Assembly (NCBI RefSeq): GCF_006345805.1
Contig: NW_021829798.1
Coordinates: 1 to 5,872, forward strand
Length of the DNA stretch: 5,872 bases
Direction: 5' to 3'
From: Octopus sinensis
Lineage: Eukaryota
The notes beneath the pieces are model-generated. The model saw nothing but the letters and a program-made list of their open reading frames with translations. It ran no database searches and was not told the origin of the DNA. A program made the translations under genes and the position numbers. Below are positions 1-5,872 of the stretch, piece by piece; positions within the stretch are counted from its first letter, which is position 1; each line of letters starts with the position of its first letter.

Positions 1-730
1 CAGAAATTTTTTTTTAATTTTTTTGGGGGGGAAGGTTTTAAGGACCTCATCATGTAAGTCGAGGACATCGTAGTTATTCATTTAACCAAAATGCAGAAAT
101 TTTTTTTTAATTTTTTTGGGGGGGAAGGTTTTAAGGACCTCATCATGTAAGTCGAGGACATCGTAGTTGTTCATTTTAACACAAAATGCAGAATTTTTTT
201 TTAATTTTTTTTGGGGGGGAAGGTTTTAAGGACCTCATCATGTAAGTCGAGGACATCGTAATTGTTCATTTTGACCAAAACGCAGAAAAATTTTTTTTAT
301 TTTTTTGGGGGGAAGGTTTTAAGGACCTCATCATGTAAGTCGAGGACATCGTAGTTATTCATTTAACAAATGCAGAAAATTTTTTTTTAATTTTTTTGGG
401 GGGAAGGTTTTAAGGACCTCATCATGTAAGTCGAGGACATCGTAGTTGTTCATTTTAACCAAAATGCAGAAAATTTTTTTTAATTTTTTTTGGGGGGGGA
501 AGGTTTTAAGGACCTCATCATGTAAGTCGAGGACATCGTAGTTGTTCATTTTGACCAAAACGCAGAAAAATTTTTTTTAATTTTTTTTGGGGGGAAGGTT
601 TTAAGGACCTCATCATGTAAGTCGAGGACATCGTAGTTGTTCATTTTGACCAAAACGCAGAAAAAAATTTTTTTTAATTTTTTTTGGGGGAAGGTTTTAA
701 GGACCTCATCATGTAAGTCGAGGACATCGT
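1..730. repeat. Tandem array of ~91-96 bp units (about 8 copies, open at the left window edge)
   Basis: The core GAAGGTTTTAAGGACCTCATCATGTAAGTCGAGGACATCGTA starts at 31, 124, 219, 312, 403, 499, 594 and 690. Copies are joined by near-identical linkers (GTTGTTCATTTT(A/G)ACCAAAA(T/C)GCAG, A/T tracts, G run). Length differences lie almost wholly in homopolymers. Confidence 0.98.
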
Positions 731-753
731 ATTGCCAATTTGAAGTTGGTGTG

Positions 754-807
754 CACACACAGACAGACAGACAGACAGACACACAGACAGACAGACAGAC
801 CACACAC
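754..807. repeat. Compound (CA)n/(GACA)n microsatellite
   Basis: Read directly: CACACACAGACAGACAGACAGACAGACACACAGACAGACAGACAGACCACACA. Confidence 0.97.
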
Positions 808-830
808 CATACAATTTTTATTAAGATATA

Positions 831-960
831 TTCGAATGTGCCAAAAAATTCGGATAGACCATTTATTTTACTACAGGATAATGGACCTTGCCACAGATCT
901 AAAATGGTACAAGATTATATTAAAGAAAAAAACATATTTTACTTCAATACGGCCTACACA
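831..960 (+). pseudogene. Tc1/mariner (IS630-Tc1) DDE transposase fragment
   Basis: In the 637..969 frame: RPFILLQDNGPCHRSKMVQDYIKEKNIFYFNTAY, resembling the second-Asp motif of Tc1-type transposases (F.QDNAPCH.S..V..). It stops before the expected SPDLNPIE motif. Boundaries approximate. Confidence 0.65.
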
Positions 961-992
961 AGCTCGTAATTGCTTCCACGAGCTTAGAAGAG

Positions 993-2112
993 ATGAAATT
1001 AATTGCACGTGAGATTCATGAAGCTAATCATTGCGGACATAATGCTTTGGAAGCCTTATGTAGGCGAAGATTTTTTATATTGAGAAGAGAGATCATTCGC
1101 CAAGTTGTTAAAGAATGCAATATTTGCAAATTTTCAGTTCCACTAAAACAATATGATGATTCAACTCATATTGTTGCTGATTTACCTAATGAAAGATTTC
1201 AAGTAGATTTAATTGATCTTAAACGGTATAAAATTAACTTATTTTGTAGATTTAAAAATGAAAACAATGATTTTTCTTGGTTAATGTCTGTAATAGACGT
1301 ATATTCGAAATATGCGTTTACAAGGAATCTTAAAAATAAAAGTGGAGTAGAGGTGGCGAATAATCTGAATGATATTTTTATGGATTTTGGTCCCTGCAAG
1401 TTTCTCCAATCAGACAACGGAACAGAATTCAAAAATTCTCATGTGACAAAAGTATGTGAAGAGTTTTGTGTTCGACAAATACATGGAAGACCAAACAATC
1501 CCCAGAGTCAGGGAATTGTTGAACGATTTAATCAGACGGTCACAAGGAGCCTTTCAAAAATTATGAGTTTGGATGACACCAAAGAGTGGGTAAAACACAT
1601 AAGAAAGACTGTGTTTTTGTACAATCAAACACCTCATTCATCTACAGGTGAATTATTTGTCTTAAATTTTTTGCAGGCGTTAGCCCTTTGAGAGATATCG
1701 TGGAATTCCTGGATTCAATACTGTTTTAGGAAATACTGATGTTGAGGCAGCTGAACTTCAATACACTCCCGAAATTAACAGTAAATGTTTTAATTCAACT
1801 AAAGATGAATTCGAATTCAACTTCCCAAAAGTTAACTTGGATTCTCCATATTATAAGAGAATGAACAGAAGATGGGAGTGCATGTGTCTAAATATGAATT
1901 AAACATTGGAGACATTGTATTTTTATAATTACTTAAAAGGTTCGCATTCAAAAAGATTATGGGACAAATCCTTCCTTGAGATTAACCAGGTTTGAACATC
2001 CATACGGGGATCCATTCACTATTGTTGCGAAATTGTCTAACAATTTTGTCATGTAAAAAATAGTGATGGATCAGTAATGAAAGTTCATGCCAAACGACTT
2101 AAGAAGTTATAA
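993..2112 (+). CDS. Intron-containing retroviral-type integrase (H2C2 finger, rve DD35E core, SH3-like C-terminus), probably a Ginger/GIN-like DNA transposase; three -1 frameshifts as sequenced
   Basis: Proposed exons 993-1225, 1250-1647, 1677-1916, 1940-2112. Motifs: HEANH...CNIC; QVDLID, QSDNG and IVERFN (35 residues between D and E); YNQTPHSSTGVSPFERYRG; GDIVRIQKDY...HPYGDPFTI...VHAKRLKKL*. One base must be added in each of the runs 1687-1689 (T), 1874-1876 (G) and 2044-2047 (T), giving 348 aa from Met993. The frame is open upstream to 924, so the true N-terminus is uncertain. No reverse transcriptase or gag seen. Confidence 0.85.
1226..1249 (+). other. Tiny spliceosomal intron (24 nt, in frame, no stop)
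   Basis: GTATAAAATTAACTTATTTTGTAG. Removal gives DLIDLKR|FKNENNDFSWLMSVIDVYSKY, closer to the usual spacing after the first catalytic Asp in this integrase type. It preserves frame, so it is not needed to restore the ORF. Confidence 0.7.
1648..1676 (+). other. Tiny spliceosomal intron (29 nt)
   Basis: GTGAATTATTTGTCTTAAATTTTTTGCAG. Removal joins HSSTG to VSP(F), restoring the PHSSTGxSPF motif that follows the integrase core. Confidence 0.85.
1917..1939 (+). other. Tiny spliceosomal intron (23 nt)
   Basis: GTATTTTTATAATTACTTAAAAG, with an in-frame TAA. Removal gives LNIGDI|VRIQKDY, the (I/V)GD.V opening of the integrase C-terminal domain. Confidence 0.8.
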
Positions 2113-2362
2113 CAGTCAGAAATAATAATTGTCCTTGATCTAATCAATAAAATAAGTTATTTTGACATTGATTGACATTGAGTAAATTTGATTGGTCGCG
2201 TCTAGTGCTCGTTCGCGCGCTCGGCTCGCGACATATTACAGTGCGACCTCGAATGGGGAAATTTTTCCCCAATTTTGAGGTTTCCCCCAAAAAAAGGTTT
2301 TTCATTAAATTTAGGTCTCGCCTGTTCGATATCTCTCTTAATAATATAACCGAGACGAATAA

Positions 2363-2957
2363 CTAATTTTTATTTTTAATAAAAAAATCAGTTAATTTTA
2401 ATCGTGTGTTTTGTTTTTTTTTCGCATCGAACTCATAATATTTGCTTTGAATCTGAATAGATCAAGTACATTTTCCGGAGTCTCTTGCTTAATAACATTT
2501 AGCAGCATTGTGAATGCGCATTCCGCATTGTTTATAACTTGTTGATCATCCAATTGTTCCATAATTGTTCGCTGCATCGTGATTCGCCATGTAATATTCT
2601 GAATTTTATTTCGAATTGTTTCTTAAATCTGTAAAGCCATCCATTAGAAGCAGTGAAATCATGATTTGAATTTCTATACGCAATTTTACGTGCAATAAGC
2701 TTTAAGGTTGGCCCATTAATTGGAACCTTTCGACCTGAGATTACGAAAAATCTCGTAAACTTGGGCATTCAATTCTTATCCAATTGTCCCTTCGGATGTT
2801 GAGAAACCTTGAGCTAAGATTCCTTCCCTTTTCTTTTTTAGTCGGTATAGCATTCCTTTAGAGATGTTAATCCTTCACAAATCATTTTGTCCTTATGACC
2901 CGACTGTATATCCTTGCAAATTCTGATCTTTTCACTTTGATTTAGTTTTCTAGGCAT
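2363..2957 (-). pseudogene. pogo/CENP-B-like transposase remnant: N-terminal HTH domains plus C-terminal tail, no DDE domain, several frameshifts
   Basis: From ATG 2957: MPRKLNQSEKIRICKDIQSGHKDKMICEG, then across shifts NISKGMLYRLKKKRE, ELNAQVYEIFRNLRS and VPINGPTLKLIARKIA...FTASNGWLYRFKKQFEIKFRILHGES (Tc5/CENP-B HTH signature). A shifted frame continues MQRTIMEQLDDQQVINNAECAFTMLLNVIKQ...MRKK and, after +1 in the A9 run, QNTRLKLTDFFIKNKN*. Confidence 0.85.
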
Positions 2958-3315
2958 TGGCTTTCTAAAATTATAAAATAACTTTAAAAATTGATAATTT
3001 CAATTTTTTACCAGTTTAATTAGCTAATAACTAATTACCAGGTAAATGATTTTAAAAATATTGATTACTAGGGCAACCAATTGCAATTTTTTGCAATTAA
3101 ATATAATTTAATTAAAATTCGATAAATAATAAAGTAATGAATAGACATTAATTTTAATTATATTTTTATTCGATTTAAATTTGCAATTTTTTGCAATTTT
3201 TTGTAGTCATTTTACAATTTTTGCAATTTTTTAAATTAAAAAAAAAATTTTTTATTAAAAAATAATATAATTATAAGTAAAAGATTATTAAAACGTGTTT
3301 TAGTTGTTTGTTGTA

Positions 3316-4786
3316 ATGGGTAAAAGGACAGTGTCACAGAAAATTTCATTTTATGCAAAGAAATTCCCCGAGTTTGTTATTGACAGTGAAGGGAATTTAT
3401 TTTGCTCCAATTGCTCAACTGTTGTACGGTGTGACACAAAATTTTTTGTTGATGCGCACCGTTCTTCAAAAAAACATTTAAAAGCACACAGTATTTCTTT
3501 GAATTTAAATTTATAGAATGGACAAATTCATCTCAGAGTTCACAAACATTTCTTTCGGCGATAACGGATACTCGAAAGGATTGGGGGATCAAAGTAACAC
3601 AAGCGTTTTTGGAGGCAAACATACCAATTTATAAAATCAGACATCCTTCCCTCATACGGCTTTTTGAGCAGGAAACATATCCTTTGCCATCTGAATCATC
3701 TTGCAGGTTAAATGTTAAAGAAATATCAAAATATAAAATTAATACCATTCAGACTCATTTACTGTTGTTTTTTTTAAGTTATTCAATAGTGGGGAATGTG
3801 TTTTTTTTGTTTGTGATGAAGCCCAAATCAATGGAACTCGTTTTTTAATTACTTTGATTGGGAAAATCTCCACTCCAAAAAATCTTCATTTAGTATCGTG
3901 TACCAATCTATATTATCCGCCTACTACTTCAACAATTTGTGTTGAGGTGGACAAAGTAATAAAGAAATTTTCTATTGAACGTGAAAATTTTATATTATTC
4001 GTTACAGATGGGGCGAGATATATGACCAGTGGTATATATAAATAAATTTAATTTTAGCTGGGGCATCAATGAAATTGATATACCAAAATCTTTTCCACGT
4101 GACTTGCGTGTCACATTTATTGCACAACTGTGCTCTAAAGATTAAGGCATACTTCGCAGATGTTGATGAATTGATTTCGTCTATAAAGGCTGCCACAGTC
4201 AAAAACAAGAGACGTTTGGAGATGTTTTCACGAATCGGAAATCCACCCGAAGTTGTGGTTACAAGATGGGGAAGCTGGCTAAAAGCAGCAAAATATTACT
4301 CCCAGAATCTTCCAGAAATTATTAAAATCGTATCTGAATTTGAAGGAGATGGAGTTTTAATACAAAATGTTTTAGTTTTTAATTATTTTAGGCAAAAAAA
4401 TCAGTGAATAATCCTACGTTGTTTCCAAGCTTAACCCAAATCAGTTCAAATTATTTGGGATTAATTGAAATGATTTCAAATACTGAATTGCTTGATTACT
4501 CCATTGCAACAGCTTATGGTGATCTAAACACCCTAGACTTTACATCAGATCCATGCGACATAAAATCCTATATATCAAAAAAGCTTGAGAAATCAGGAAT
4601 ACTAAGTATTCTTGAATTCTCAAATAAGAATCTATCGCCAGAAGTTTATTCACATCTCAGAAAATGTAGCGCAAGTTCAGCATCTATCGAAAGGGCAATA
4701 TCTCTTTTGACGAAAATCTTAGTAAAGAGAGGAACTTTAAACCTGAAAATGTTCAGGAATATTTGATTTCCTATTACAATAAATAA
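3316..4786 (+). CDS. hAT transposase with CGGBP-like BED zinc finger; five exons; ~456 aa after one +1 correction
   Basis: Proposed exons 3316-3490, 3517-3763, 3790-4031, 4058-4368, 4392-4786. Motifs: LFCSNC...HRSSKKH (BED finger), AFLEANIPIYKIRHP, VCDEAQ (Asp1), FVTDGARYM (Asp2), TCVSHLLH (CxxH), TRWGSW, SASIER (Glu). Adding one A at 4724-4726 changes the end to VKERNFKPENVQEYLISYYNK*, a typical hAT C-terminus. The CGGBP-like label is from memory of the family. Confidence 0.88.
3491..3516 (+). other. Tiny spliceosomal intron (26 nt)
   Basis: GTATTTCTTTGAATTTAAATTTATAG. Its final TAG is the stop of ORF 3304..3516. Removal joins KHLKAH to KWTNSSQS...KVTQAFLEANIP, the frame of ORF 3609. Confidence 0.9.
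3764..3789 (+). other. Tiny spliceosomal intron (26 nt; an alternative donor at 3767 gives 23 nt)
   Basis: GTTGTTTTTTTTAAGTTATTCAATAG. Removal shifts into GECVFFVCDEAQINGTRFLITLIGK, which holds catalytic Asp1 and is the frame of ORF 3854. Both donors give this frame. Confidence 0.8.
4032..4057 (+). other. Tiny spliceosomal intron (26 nt)
   Basis: GTATATATAAATAAATTTAATTTTAG, with an in-frame TAA. Removal gives TDGARYMTS|AGASMKLIYQNLFHVTC, joining ORFs 3854 and 4069. Confidence 0.92.
4369..4391 (+). other. Tiny spliceosomal intron (23 nt)
   Basis: GTTTTAGTTTTTAATTATTTTAG. Removal gives GVLIQN|AKKSVNNP, joining ORFs 4069 and 4404. Confidence 0.88.
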
Positions 4787-5779
4787 TTTCGTTAATTTTT
4801 TGCATAATGTAATGTTTACAATTAAAAAAAATTATTTTTGCAATTTTTTACAATTTTTAAAATTCATTTTTGCAATTTTTTTTATTAAAAAGTGCAATTT
4901 TTTGTTGCCCTATTGATTACAAATTTGGAAACTTAGTTACAATAAATAAATAATAAAATCAAAAATTATACAAATATATTATGAATCGTTATGCTAATAT
5001 AAAATTTTTCCCCGGTAGGGGGTTTATTTCATTAAAAATCATCGTATTTTATAGGGATGGCAAAAATATTTCCCCAAAAGCAAGGTTTTTCCCCAAAAAA
5101 GAGGGTTTCCCCGCTACTTGGTTTTCCCAATTCGAGGTCGCACTGTATTAAATTGCAAAAAATCAGCAGATTCGAGAGGTTTTAATAATAATGAAAAAAA
5201 TAATTAAAGGAACAAACAAATAAAATCGAGTTATAAAATGTTTATTCAGAAAATTTTTTTAAAAAATAAGAGAAAATTTGATAATAATATGACTAAGAAA
5301 TAATAGTGCTTAGAGTTTCAAAATAAATAAAAGAAACAGATCAAAGGAATAAAACCGGAAAATATACAAAAATGATGAAATTTCAGATAATTTAATATTA
5401 AAAGAAACCACATCTCGCATTATTCCTTCTACATCCAATTAAATAAAAAAATAAAGTGTGATCAAAATTGATAAAATACAACAAAGTGAATCGACTCCGT
5501 AATAACACGTGGCTTAATTATTAAGTTTTTTAGTAAAAATTAAGATAATGAAAAATAATTAATAAAAATAAATTTTATTTTAATTACAACAAATTGTACT
5601 AACTTTATTTTGATAAAATCTTTACGTGTCATTTTTAATAGTTCGCAGGTCTAGCTGCAAAAATAAGTGAATTTCTAAATAACAAAAAACGGACTAAGTA
5701 TAAAATTGGAATGATTTATGAAAATGTTTAAATTTCAAGCATAATGAATGGATAGTTAGTTCGTGAATATTCTTTAGAA

Positions 5780-5872
5780 CAGGCCTGGCCAACCCAATCG
5801 CATCGCGGGCCACTTGTGTCCAAATGAATCCTTTCCGCGGGCCGCATATACATGTACATACTAAGGATAGAT
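5780..5872. mobile_element. Probable terminus of a second hAT element (Buster/Charlie-like), running out of the window
   Basis: Abrupt switch to GC-rich sequence at CAGGCCTGGCCAACC, with two CGCGGGCC motifs (5804, 5836) like Charlie/Buster-type ends. The preceding 8-mer CTTTAGAA fits the Buster nnnTAnnn target preference. The other end is not visible. Confidence 0.6.

Larger units (their letters stand above)
1..826 (-). mobile_element. Probable 5' part of a non-autonomous Helitron / DINE-1-like element carrying a tandem array
   Basis: Minus strand reads A|TCTTAATAAAAATTGTATGG, then (GTCT)n, a short core (CACCAACTTCAAATTGG) and the tandem array. A 5' TC after a host A, an AT-rich leader, a GTCY microsatellite and internal tandem repeats are known features of animal Helitrons and DINE-1/HINE elements. 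The 3' hairpin/CTRR end is not in the window, so this is unconfirmed. Confidence 0.5.
3069..4912 (+). mobile_element. hAT-superfamily DNA transposon (1844 bp) nested in the pogo element
   Basis: TIR TAGGGCAAC at 3069-3077 and GTTGCCCTA at 4904-4912. Perfect 8-bp TSD TTGATTAC at 3061-3068 and 4913-4920, fitting the nTnnnnAn preference of Ac-type hATs. Subterminal TGCAATTTTT repeats and an internal transposase gene. Confidence 0.95.
2239..5145 (-). mobile_element. pogo/Tigger-like TIR element (1055 bp once the nested hAT and one TSD copy are removed)
   Basis: TIRs CAGTGCGACCTCGAATgGGGAAA (2239-2261) and its inverse at 5123-5145 (22/23 match, outer 16 bp perfect). Flanked by TA at 2237-2238 and 5146-5147. 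CAGT termini and TA TSD are typical of pogo. Encodes CENP-B-like HTH sequence. Confidence 0.93.

Noticed and set aside
1-730. CRISPR array
   Set aside because: The sequences between conserved cores are near-identical, not unique spacers; no cas genes; eukaryotic context.
355-803. Minus-strand ORFs 355..558 and 546..803
   Set aside because: Translations of the tandem repeat and microsatellite; frames depend on homopolymer lengths.
637-1012. ORFs 637..969 and 740..1012 as whole genes
   Set aside because: Their N-termini are repeat and microsatellite read-through. Only the 831-960 part of the first resembles a protein.
1199-1432. Minus-strand 77-aa ORF
   Set aside because: Antisense shadow of the integrase; no motif.
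993-1691. 232-aa ORF as the complete integrase, or as part of an LTR retrotransposon pol
   Set aside because: Its last residues are intron read-through and the conserved C-terminal domain continues to 2112. No RT, protease, gag or LTR is visible.
2172-2366. 64-aa ORF
   Set aside because: Crosses the pogo TIR boundary, has a non-ATG start and no motif.
4002-4208. Minus-strand 68-aa ORF
   Set aside because: Antisense shadow of the hAT transposase.
3304-4766. Five plus-strand ORFs as separate small genes or an operon
   Set aside because: They are exons of one hAT transposase; micro-intron removal joins them in order.
993-4786. Stop-codon reassignment or programmed frameshifting as the cause of the broken ORFs
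   Set aside because: Breaks coincide with GT...AG segments or homopolymer runs, the genes end at TAA, and read-through would not restore the motifs.
5148-5779. Coding or structured feature in the AT-rich stretch
   Set aside because: No ORF in the track and no convincing repeat, hairpin or RNA gene by eye. The TTGCAAAAAA near 5155 is a single inverse hAT-motif match, likely chance.

Overview
AT-rich eukaryotic DNA consisting almost entirely of nested transposable elements; no host gene was identified. In order: (1) a ~94-bp tandem array plus (GACA)n microsatellite that looks like the 5' part of a minus-strand Helitron/DINE-1-like element (1-826); (2) a short Tc1/IS630-like transposase fragment (~831-960); (3) a retroviral-type H2C2 + DD35E integrase gene (993-2112), probably a Ginger/GIN-like DNA transposon; (4) a pogo/Tigger-like element (2239-5145; 23-bp TIRs, TA TSD) lacking its DDE domain; (5) nested in it, a near-intact 1844-bp hAT element (3069-4912; 8-bp TSD TTGATTAC) with a CGGBP-like BED-finger transposase; (6) the end of a probable Buster-type hAT at 5780. 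Most striking: both long transposase/integrase genes are split by seven tiny GT-AG introns of 23-29 nt. Removing them, and adding one base in each of a few homopolymer runs, rebuilds ~348-aa and ~456-aa proteins. The ORF track therefore shows exon pieces, and the host probably has ultra-short spliceosomal introns and the standard genetic code. All family assignments come from motif recognition by eye; no database search was run.
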